Shown here one piece after another: positions 41,019-50,374 of a DNA stretch of 64,000 bases. The position numbers were made by a program, and so were the translations under genes. Source of the stretch: an uncultured Bacteroidales bacterium (GTDB taxonomy: Bacteria > Bacteroidota > Bacteroidia > Bacteroidales > VadinHA17); contig CAWFKI010000005.1 of NCBI GenBank assembly GCA_963816345.1, positions 2,399,572 through 2,463,571 of the forward strand, in the 5' to 3' direction. Within the stretch, counting starts at the first letter, position 1; every line of letters starts with the position of its first letter. The notes under the pieces were generated by a model that was given only the letters and a program-made list of their open reading frames with translations, was not told the origin of the DNA and searched no databases.

Positions 41019-42406
41019 CAAAGAGCGATTGCTTTTATCCCTGTCAGTTCACAAAATGCTTTAAGCTCTTCATACAGATGGGCCCCGTATCCGAGACAGG
41101 CGTACTCATTGTTCCATGACTGCAACAGGGATTCGATATCGCATTCAGCTTTTACGAAGCCATGAGGCCAGAATGGAATGCCACATTCGTTCTTTCTCCG
41201 TTCAAGTTCACCGGCAGGCGGTTCGAATATTGTGCAACGTGTAATGACCATTTCAAAGAGGCCATTATTCCTTCCCAGTCTGGCAAGAACTCCTTCACCT
41301 ACCTTGCAAACGAGCTTTATTGATAAACCTCCGGCCTCGCCTTCTGTCGGGATGCCATGTTCCGCAAAACCTGCGGGTCCAAGCTTTCCGGCCAGTGAAG
41401 GCGGACAGGCGCCATCACCAATAATCTTAATCTCATTGTTCGATTTATCAATATGCTGAAGATCACCATAATAAATCGGATCAGCGCTTAAATCCGTGAG
41501 ACATTTTACCGTCAGTGCGGTATTGAAATCCCCAAGGGTCGAGGTACCCATGCCATCCTCCAGGATCATGCTCTGGGCAAAGCATGTAGCACTGTACTCA
41601 TCGCCCAGTCCGGGGAATGACTGAATTGTATAAAAGTCCCACTCATTCTTTTTTACCAGTTTCTTAATCGCCAGATAGAGCCGTATTGATCTTTCAGACT
41701 GATCATTTTCAGGAATTGGTTCGGAAAAAAGTTTCTGAATCCGTTTTTTTGCTTTAGTTATCTCCTCCGCTGTTATCTTTTTTGCTGTATCGAGTAATTC
41801 CGATGTATCTCTTGAATCAATATCTATTCCAAAGGTCTTCATCCATTGTGAAGGATCGGCAGCTCCGCATGTCTGGCCCATTCCTCTTCCTCCGAATGTG
41901 CCAATGGTGCTCATGTTCAGGGAATTTTTCATGGCGCTTGCCCGGCAGTAAGAGGTGATCTTTTCAACCTCCTCCGGGTCCTCAAAGCTCCCGTAGACAA
42001 ACCGGTGTTTTATTCCTATCTCTTTAAGGGCTCCCTGCATTACCAAGCCCCCTACCGGTCTCCATCCCTGGCTTCCCGGATTGGTCCAGAGGATAATTCC
42101 CCTGCCGGTAGTGGCAAAATCGCGGATAGCTGCTATAAGATGGGCTGCCCATACCCAGGTGCCGGAAAACAGGATCACAGCATCAACATCGTTCATTTTT
42201 TTGAATTTATCAAAGCAGTCCCTCGCCTCCTTTTTTGAGGCAATCACCAGTTCATGTTCCACGAGATCGATGCCGCTTTTCCTGAGGGCTTCTTTCGCAC
42301 CACTCACAATACGGTCATCAATAAAAGGTGTTCCCATCGGATCCTGCAGTCCGTCCTTATGAACACCATAGACTATAAATCCAACCCTGGCTTTGATCAT
42401 ATGCAT
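41018..42406 (-). CDS. L-fucose/L-arabinose isomerase family protein, tentative
   Basis: 462 aa with an N-terminal Rossmann-like 'VGFIVYG...DAVILFSGTWVWA' region and a central 'TFGGRGMGQ', as in FucI/AraA-like sugar isomerases. The start overlaps the amidohydrolase stop (TAATG). Confidence 0.5.
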   Translation of the reverse strand: MHMIKARVGFIVYGVHKDGLQDPMGTPFIDDRIVSGAKEALRKSGIDLVEHELVIASKKEARDCFDKFKKMNDVDAVILFSGTWVWAAHLIAAIRDFATTGRGIILWTNPGSQGWRPVGGLVMQGALKEIGIKHRFVYGSFEDPEEVEKITSYCRASAMKNSLNMSTIGTFGGRGMGQTCGAADPSQWMKTFGIDIDSRDTSELLDTAKKITAEEITKAKKRIQKLFSEPIPENDQSERSIRLYLAIKKLVKKNEWDFYTIQSFPGLGDEYSATCFAQSMILEDGMGTSTLGDFNTALTVKCLTDLSADPIYYGDLQHIDKSNNEIKIIGDGACPPSLAGKLGPAGFAEHGIPTEGEAGGLSIKLVCKVGEGVLARLGRNNGLFEMVITRCTIFEPPAGELERRKNECGIPFWPHGFVKAECDIESLLQSWNNEYACLGYGAHLYEELKAFCELTGIKAIAL

Positions 42407-43498
42407 TATTTTAATGTTAAATTAATTTCATTTTTCAGAGAAGGTATTATTCTCAGTATATTTTCATAATATACTCTCCTCAGAACCTCCGGGGGAAGAC
42501 CTATTCCGCAAATCGGCCATCGCGACCTCTCAAAAGTGCCGTCATAATCGGGGGAATAAAATGACTCATCATAAGTTTCAAGGAACCTGAAATAAGTGCG
42601 GTACATCTCAACGGAACTATCAATATTCGCCGGCATATCGGTCCCGAAAATAATCCTGTCCTGGTGCTTTATGAAGAATTCTCTGGCAGTATATGGCTGC
42701 CGTCCCAGTTCATCCAGCCTGGCAGAGAAATCGATATAGACATTTGGATTATCAGTAAGTAATTCCGAAACATACCTGATATTTTCAGGCATAATTCCCG
42801 AAATGAGGCAGAATAAAAGTTGTGCCGGGATGCTGCCTGATAAGATCATCGCGTCTTTTTAGCAAATCAGTCTTGCGCGGATATTTCGGATCGGCAAAGC
42901 TCCATGACGGGATATTTCTTCAGTGATTCAAAATGTTCATTTTCAGGAGTAGCCGGTTCAAAAAAACCTGACGGATCTGCCTGGTGTATCAGTACCGGCA
43001 TATTCAGCCGTCCGGCTTCTTCCCAGATCGGAAAAAGCCTTGGGTCATTACAGTTGATAAGTTCACCGGCTGCATCCCTGTAATGAAGTCCAAGCTCCTT
43101 GAGAATCTTAAGTCCTTTTGCTCCCTGCTGAACATGAAGATTCAGAGTCTCAATACACTCATGCCACAAACTGTTTATGATCAGTAAAAAGCGGCCTGTC
43201 TGCACGGCCTGGCAAAATCAGCCATTGTAAAACAGTAGAAACGCCCGGGATATTTATGTGCGCAATTCTGAAAGAAATCCCGAATATTGCCCGGGTTTAT
43301 TACATATCCTCCTTCAGAAAATTCAATATGAACATTCCCGGTCAGATCACAATAGCTTACTACCCCAACTTCATCAAGTGTTTCAATGACCCTCGATACC
43401 TGCCAGTTTCCCCAGAGATGGTTATGTGCATCAATAACAGGGAATGCTGCCCTGACTATCTCAGTCTGATTATGAACCAGCCAGTTCTTTTTTGCCAT
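42406..43498 (-). pseudogene. Amidohydrolase-2 family (PF04909-like; lactonase/decarboxylase type) gene with three frameshifts
   Basis: 'VIDAHNHLW' at the N-terminus. The pieces 43181-43537, 42867-43205 and 42406-42849 are in three frames. A further stretch, 'SWSFADPKYPRKTDLLKRRDDLIRQHPGTTFILPHFGN', reads in the frame between the last two. The shifts are near 43195, 42895 and 42790-42805. Confidence 0.8.
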
Positions 43499-43562
43499 TA
43501 TGGTTTTTTTTCTTAATTTATCTATAAAAATGCCCAATGACGATAAGGTAGATTATATTCAC

Positions 43563-43570
43563 CAAAAGTA
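43563..43570 (-). promoter_or_regulatory. Candidate -7 box (TACTTTTG on the minus strand) for the amidohydrolase operon
   Basis: The plus-strand 'caaaagta' is the reverse complement of TAnnTTTG. It lies 65 nt upstream of the ATG at 43498. Confidence 0.3.
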
Positions 43571-43594
43571 TCTTTTAGGAATCGATTTTTATGA

Positions 43595-43602
43595 TAGTTT
43601 TG
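43595..43602 (+). promoter_or_regulatory. Candidate -7 box (TAGTTTTG) for the AraC-family gene
   Basis: A TAnnTTTG match 26 nt upstream of the ATG at 43628, in the divergent intergenic region. Confidence 0.35.
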
Positions 43603-43627
43603 TATTAAATAATAACACTATATTGAC

Positions 43628-44483
43628 ATGTTACCTAACCTTGAAAAGGTTGAAGCCAATATCAACCATTCCTTTCACATTAATCATATGAAAGTTGATT
43701 TTTTCCCTTCACTGCGTCATTTTCATCCTGAGGTTGAGATACTGCTTGTAGTACAGGGAACAGGCACCAGGTATGTAGGTGACTCGGTTGAATCATTTGC
43801 TCCGGGTGACCTGGTGATGATCGGGCCCGAATGTCTCCCACGAGTGGTGCAGTGACAAACCGGCCGGAAACAGTTGCTCAGAAGCTATCTATATACTGTT
43901 CAATACTGAAATTATGGGAAATGAATTCTGGAATCTTCCGGAGTCCAAGATCATTCTGAAAATAATACAGCAGGCAGGCAGGGGAATCAAACTTACCGGC
44001 AGGACAAGGGATGAAGTGGCCTCTCTGATGAAACGTATCGACACTTCCTACGGGTTTACCAGGATCACCCTGCTTATGACAATCCTTGAAATGATAGCTT
44101 TTAACGGAGAATATCAGTACCTGGCCACTCCTGTTGTACAAAACACAATTAATGAAAGGGACAGTGAAAGGCTCAATAAAGTATACCGTTATGTTCTGGA
44201 CAACTGTCAACAGGATATAAGTCTCGGAAGGGCTGCATCATTGGCCAATCTTTCAAAACCTGCATTCTGCAGGTATTTCAAAAAGAGAGCAAACAAAACC
44301 TTTGTGAGTTTTTTAAATGAGATAAGGATAGGACAGGCATGCAGATTTCTTGTTAATGAAAACTATTCAATTGCTGAAATATGCTACTCCTGCGGGTATA
44401 ACAATATTTCATATTTTATAAGACAGTTCCGTGCAATAACCGGCTTCACTCCTCTTGGCTACCGGAAGAAATTCGCTGATTAG
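43628..44483 (+). pseudogene. AraC-family transcriptional regulator (cupin + HTH) with one frameshift
   Basis: The cupin part 'HFHPEVEILLVVQGTG' ends prematurely ('GPECLPRVVQ*'). Shifting one base at the GGGCCC run (43823-43828) restores 'GPNVSHEWCSD...' in the frame of the 189-aa HTH ORF ('AEICYSCGYNNISYFIRQFRAITGFTP'). Confidence 0.9.
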
Positions 44484-44524
44484 CAGATTGTCAAATAGAA
44501 TTTTATCTGCTGCAATAATTTAAG

Positions 44525-46527
44525 TCATTTGAAATTAAACTTACGGATTATCTCCTTTGATCCCTTATCATTGCTGGCTACGACTCTTATAGCTCCCTGG
44601 GTGAGGGCCATCTTTGTTCTGTCAAGGGTATCTCCCCCGAACTGCTCAAGGAAGTATCCCTCATCACTGACCGGTAATTCTTTTCCGTTCACCACTATTT
44701 TAGTTCCGGGCTCCGTCCACCCGAATACTTCAACTGAAGAGTGCTCTGTAAGAGGTGAGTTTTCCAGTGGGACTGTCTGTACATAGATCATAGGACTTTT
44801 GTCAAATCCGGTCAGCTCATCAAGTAACTGTTTTTTAGCGTCATACAGTACTGCCGGATCATCGGAATGTTCTGATCAATTGTCATCACAACCCTGCCTG
44901 AGATCTCATGTCCGCGCTGCCTGGGATCAATCCATTCAGCATGTTTTCCCAGGGAGTCTTTCAGGTTGCGGATTTTATTCTCCAGCATCATGAAGCAATC
45001 GTAGTCCTGAATGCCATTCCTCATCTCCTCCCAGCGCAGTGAGTTGATAACGCCATCCTTAACGGGATAAACATGCCATCCATCGCCGATATGCATTCCA
45101 ACCTCCTTATAAGGATCTTCCGTCCATTGGTTCCACCCCCAGTGAAGATAGCCGGTTGCATCAAATCTGTAATTAAGCCAGTGCATTATTCGGCTGTTCA
45201 TAACCGGCATGTCAATAGTCTTATTCGGAAAAAGGCTTCCCTGGTAAATCCCGACTGTATAAAACCATAGTTCCACACCTTTATGCTGTGCTTTCCTGTA
45301 TTCATCATACCAGGTACCGAAAGCATCAAGTTTTGGTACTGCAACCTCTATATCATTAAGCAGGTTAGTCGTTTCAATGGCATCAATCCTTATGAGATCG
45401 GGTGCGTACTTATGGACATACTGTGACATCTCGACCCACGACAATGAATTATGCATAGATGGCTCATCCTTGATATGGAAGAGTGTATGCTTCAGCCATC
45501 CCTTTGCTCTCAGATGATCTTCAGTTGCTGACAATAGAGCGGGAGCAACTTCATTTCCGGCAATTTTTTCAGTTTTTCCCGTAACAGCATCCTTTACCCT
45601 GAAATCCCTGAGTTTAATATCCGTACTGTACCATGCGTCACTTCCAAATCTTGTCAGTTCTCCGGTCTCCAGATAGTCCATATTTTTTGTATTCCAGAAT
45701 ACCTGGGCAATCTGGTCGAACCTCGTGAAATCGAAAGTTAATTTACCATCTTTTGACTTCTGAATTTCTATTGCCTCCATCGGCACCTGAAATACATTCT
45801 GCCTGTGTGATGCCATGTTTTCCGCGTATTTTCCGAGCATCGCGAACCAGGCCGGGGAATATTCCTCATTAATACCGTGAAAGTGTGCAAAATCACTGGT
45901 GTTATACCATTCCGTCACTTTAAGGTTCCTTTTTTCCGGAAGTGTTAACGGATATACAGTAAGCGATACAGGAAGCCTTGCTTCTCCCTGCTGGCTTGTA
46001 ACTGTGATCTCACCTGTATAGCTGCCCGGTAAAGAGGATACGGGAATATTAATTGTGATCCAGATACCTTTGCAGGATTTTTCTTTTAATGTGAGCTGCC
46101 TTTCCTGCATGAGATAATCAGGAAACATAGCCGGAGCCTTTCGTACCACTGCCCTGACCGGCTGATTTGGCGTGTTTTCGGTGAGAGGTATGCTGCCTAC
46201 AAAGTTCCATTCCACATTTATTGCAGGGAAAATATTGCCTGTGCTTTTATCACTCAGAGCTCCAACCACGGCAGTAACATCTGTCTGAGCCCTGGTTGCC
46301 TGAACGGCGCACTGCCCTGATAGTATTTCGCCCCTTATCCCAAAAAGCTTAAGAGTATCAGCCATTAAAGGTAACTGATAGCCATCTTCAAAGACCCTTT
46401 TCAGGTCGCTTACAGCTTTAATCTTCAAGGGCTGGGCAGAAAGGAGAGCCGATGAGAGAAATATGATCATGAGCGCCATCGGGCGGGACACCGATAAACG
46501 GGATGAGAGGAATCTGAATTTTTTCAT
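44525..46527 (-). pseudogene. DUF4091-type (GH123-like) glycoside-hydrolase-domain protein with a C-terminal frameshift
   Basis: The 571-aa ORF with a signal peptide ends '...TIDQNIPMIRQYCMTLKNSYLMS*'. The adjacent frame reads 'SEHSDDPAVLYDAKKQLLDELTGFDKSP' directly into the 88-aa ORF 44525-44791. The shift is near 44870-44878. The family call is from memory of DUF4091 proteins. Confidence 0.55.
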
Positions 46528-46549
46528 TTTGTTTAAGTTTTACTATAAA

Positions 46550-48634
46550 TCAATCCTTATTTAATCCAAAGGTCTTATAAAAATCGGGAAGAGTTTCTTC
46601 TGCGCCTGTTTCAATCCTGGTGCTCTCCATGCCCTTTATCTGTATATTCTGCCAGAATTGTATTTCGTGGTCAAATCTTGACAGTGCGGCACCCAGTTTA
46701 AATCGGGTATATTCATTCAGATATGCCTTTTCATAATCGCTTTTCAGTTCGCTGTAGTAGTCAATAAGATCAGTCGCTTTGGAATGACAATGTCCGGCCA
46801 GATCGTAAAAAAGCAGGAATCCGTTATATTTTCCTTTTTCCACAGGGCTTGTCCACCTGTTGTGAATATATTCTGCGAACAGGGCGCGCATGGAGGTATA
46901 CTCAATCATTCTGCAGACTACATTCAGGGTTTGCATCATATGGTCGTCAGGGTATTTCTTTTCCAGGGTTATCAACTCCTCAAGGGCGTCCTCTGCCGCA
47001 ATCCTTGATTTTTGAAGAACTTCCTTATTCTCACGGACCATTTTCAGATAATATTCCTTGAAAGGATCCACCCATGCCTGGTTCTGGGAAGCCTGAGAGA
47101 AAACTTTTGTCAGGTAATCGTTCGACTCCTGCACCTTATTTAAAGCTTTAATCATTTTGGCCCTGTAGAACGGGTCGTCATAATGCAGATATCCGTATTG
47201 TTCAACAAAATGTTGTTTATCAGGGTTGTCTTTCTGCCACGAGCCAGCTGCTGTATAGGCTATCTGAACCAGTGAGGGTCGTGTAAGAGTTATCATAGCA
47301 TCCGTCCACAGACACTGGGTCATTCCGAGTGCGCCTTTTCTCTTTCCCAGGGGCAGGAAAAGATCAGCATTAGTATAAGTAAGCTGTGTACTGTAAAAAT
47401 CGTTCCAGTTATCAATGGAAGGCTGGACAAAATACTTCAGTTTATTCTTGTTCATAACATCGATCCACTTATTCATCTCCGTTGTATCAGCATCATAATA
47501 CCATGCCGGGTAATAGAAATCCTTTGGTACTTTTTTAAACTGATCCATCAGGCTCTCATTGACGAAAATATCCATCCATGCCATCCCTGTTTTGCCATTC
47601 TCCCTCAGAAGTCCGGCGACATAATCAAGTTGTTGCAGGAAATAGGCATTTGCGTCAATAACCTTACCGTTTTTCAGCGGTGCCACTCCATCAGCCTGCA
47701 TGCGCGAAAGCCGTCGTGTAAACCATGTTTCATCAAAACCTATGTGGAAAAAAGGACTCGGGAAAAGATCGGATATCTCCTTCACCATCTTTCTCACCAT
47801 ATCTCTTGCTTCCGGATTTGTCGGATCAAATTCAAATCCGTACTGCCCTGTGCTAAGTGAAGAATACTTCTCGATCCTGAATATGTCGTGAAGATGACCA
47901 TAGAGTGCCTGAAAGGGCACTATATCCACATGTCTCTCCCTTGCATATGCGATCAGGCTACGGATAACTTCTTTGGGGACTTTCGATTTGTAACCTACCA
48001 GCGGGAACGAATCAAGCTCAATACTCGATTCCGAGTAAAACATGAGCTGATTGCTCTTGAACATTGCCAGTTCATCAATAATTTCGCAGGTAAACTGCTC
48101 ATTATAGATGGCTCCTTCGCCAAAAGCGACAAGCAATCCCCTGTATGGTAGTGCGGGATAGTCGGTTATCTCTACCTCAGGTAAAATGAACTCCTTACCT
48201 CTCTCTTCAGGTAGCTGCCTGAGGCTCTGAATTGCATACCAGGCCGCTGCAGAGGAGTTGCCCGTGATATAAACACCATCCTTTCTGATACTTAATTTAT
48301 ACGCTTCCCTGCTTCCGGGGCCGGCTGATTCATTCAGCCCTGGCACTGGAGGAAGATTTCCATGATCGATGATGACCTGTTTCCCTTTTTTCTCCTTTAT
48401 GACAGGTACTGAAATCCCGGTACGGCTCTTCAGGAAAGCTGCCAGCTGACCCGCATTGAAGATATCCTCCTGCCCGGTACCGGACGGCAGGTAAATAGTG
48501 AGATCTGAGATCAGCAGCTGACCAGAGCCATACTTAATCTGTTGTGGCTGAGGCAATAATACAGGATGTGGCTGGGACAATGCAGGAATACTGAATAAAA
48601 GCAGAATCAGAAATTTTATCGCTTTTTTCATCAT
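46550..48634 (-). CDS. GH20-like beta-N-acetylhexosaminidase family protein
   Basis: Signal peptide. 'ITDYPALPYRGLLV' and 'FFHIGFDETW' resemble the GH20 'D.P...RG' and 'H.GGDE' motifs, and the D-E pair is retained. Confidence 0.65.
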   Translation of the reverse strand: MMKKAIKFLILLLFSIPALSQPHPVLLPQPQQIKYGSGQLLISDLTIYLPSGTGQEDIFNAGQLAAFLKSRTGISVPVIKEKKGKQVIIDHGNLPPVPGLNESAGPGSREAYKLSIRKDGVYITGNSSAAAWYAIQSLRQLPEERGKEFILPEVEITDYPALPYRGLLVAFGEGAIYNEQFTCEIIDELAMFKSNQLMFYSESSIELDSFPLVGYKSKVPKEVIRSLIAYARERHVDIVPFQALYGHLHDIFRIEKYSSLSTGQYGFEFDPTNPEARDMVRKMVKEISDLFPSPFFHIGFDETWFTRRLSRMQADGVAPLKNGKVIDANAYFLQQLDYVAGLLRENGKTGMAWMDIFVNESLMDQFKKVPKDFYYPAWYYDADTTEMNKWIDVMNKNKLKYFVQPSIDNWNDFYSTQLTYTNADLFLPLGKRKGALGMTQCLWTDAMITLTRPSLVQIAYTAAGSWQKDNPDKQHFVEQYGYLHYDDPFYRAKMIKALNKVQESNDYLTKVFSQASQNQAWVDPFKEYYLKMVRENKEVLQKSRIAAEDALEELITLEKKYPDDHMMQTLNVVCRMIEYTSMRALFAEYIHNRWTSPVEKGKYNGFLLFYDLAGHCHSKATDLIDYYSELKSDYEKAYLNEYTRFKLGAALSRFDHEIQFWQNIQIKGMESTRIETGAEETLPDFYKTFGLNKD

Positions 48635-48816
48635 ATATCCTTATTAAAGATTATTGTTATTAAGGGATCCGGTGTAATTTCCCAATATAAATAAAAATGA
48701 GGTCAGTTGATCCAAAGTGATAAAAAAGTTAAAGGCTGACCCTGCAGCGAAAGAGGACAATAGCCTGAATTCCTGAAATACTTTTTATGTTCAATGGATT
48801 AAATTTATTGAAACCT

Positions 48817-50330
48817 CTATTTGCTGTTGCAGTTATTAGTCACTCTGGTACATGACTTAAGCAAAACCGGAGGCACTGCCGGATTCGAGGGGGACGATAC
48901 TGCAGTCATATCATTAAGTATCAGGTTATCGACCTTCACTGCCATCAGTGCATTTGTGTAATACGGGGCCTCCACTCCGTCCCAGTTAATGGTCCCCTGA
49001 TTAAAAAATACGTTTCTCGCATTTTCTATATAAACTACCGGGATATCCGATTTATAAATTTCCTTGCCTTTAATAATATTCGGCCTCAGATCAAAATTAC
49101 CACCGCTGACCTTGTCCAGTGTACTTTTTCCAATACAAAATCAAAGTTGGTGAAACTGATATTCTCTAATTTTGTCTCATCCGATGCATACATCAGTATT
49201 GAATTCTCACCCCGGCAGGTAATATTATCAAAATAAATATTCCTGATAAATCCGACAGGATCATCTTTGACACCGCGCATTGCCGAAATTTTTATGGGTT
49301 CTCCGTTACCCCACCAGTCGCCGGTATGCATCCGGGTCTCAATGCGGATATTTGAAAAATTTACATTCTGAACCGACCCGGAGTCACGTACTGTTATGTT
49401 AATGCCGCAATTGGAATCATAGATGGTTATATTGTCAAAATTATAATTGGACATTGAGTTCTGATCCCATCCCCCTATTCTTATGGCACTTGACCTGGAC
49501 CTTAATATGCAATTGGAGATATTGATATTTTTCGATGGTTTTATAATATCCTTATAACCGGGATCACCAAAATGGTGAGCATATCCTGCGAGTACTATGG
49601 CATCATCGCCGCATGAGATTATGCATCCTGAGACATTGACATTGCTGCTGGAATTTATATCCAGACCGTCGCTGTTTGGGATCAGCAGGTTATTGTCTAT
49701 CGATACATCAGTTACATATACCCTGTCGCAATGAACAATAAGGAAAGTCCAGTAAGGAGCATCGACCACCTCAAAATCCTTAAGGGCGACATTAGTGCAG
49801 TTGCTGAATATTATCATCTGATGATATCTCTCCCTGGGCATTACCGGGCCGTCGCCGATTCCCTTTTCAACTTTCCGGAAGTCATATTTCTGGCGGATAT
49901 ATTTATTTACCTCTCCCCTGATAACCTTTGCACTGTCTCTGTACATGAATTCCATTCCCTGGCCAAATATTCTGCCCTGACCCGTTATGGATACATTCCT
50001 GGAATCTTCGGTATAGAATACTCCGGCAAGCTGTTCATTATGTTTCTGATATGCAGACAGATCAGTGGTGGCTTTCAGCACTGCCCCGCTCTCGAGATGA
50101 AATTCAACATTTGATTTCAGATTCAGAGTTCCCACAAGGTATTCACCACAGGGAACATATACGACACCTCCGCCATCGAGGGCGCATCTATCAATAGCAT
50201 TCTGAACAGGTACCGTTGTAAGTTCCCTGCCATTGTTGATGGCTCCATAATCCATAATGTTGTAAACAGCTGATATTGATTTAAGACCGGGAACCACAAG
50301 CAAAAAACAGAACAAAACCTTTCTGATCAT
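48817..50330 (-). pseudogene. GH28 polygalacturonase-family gene with one frameshift
   Basis: 'YGAINNGRELTTVPVQNAIDRCALDGGGVVYVPCGEY' and 'NSDGLDINSSSNVNVSGCIISCGDDAIVL' are GH28 motifs. The ORF ends at 49086, but the next frame continues 'STLDKVSGGNFDLRPNIIKG...TRVTNNCNSK*' to 48817. The shift is at the T5 run 49125-49129. Confidence 0.85.
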
Positions 50331-50374
50331 AATGATGCGTTATTATATTCTTTTAATTCAGGACAGGCTGAAGA

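Noticed and set aside
44525-44791. The 88-aa ORF as an independent small gene.
   Set aside because: Its frame stays open upstream ('SEHSDDPAVLYDAKKQLLDELTGFDKSP') and abuts the DUF4091 ORF. It is best explained as the frameshifted C-terminal domain of that protein.
13218-50330. Alternative genetic code or stop-codon readthrough (for example TGA recoding or selenocysteine) as the explanation for the split genes.
   Set aside because: In every split gene the two parts are in different reading frames, with overlaps or offsets not divisible by three. These are frameshifts, not in-frame stops.
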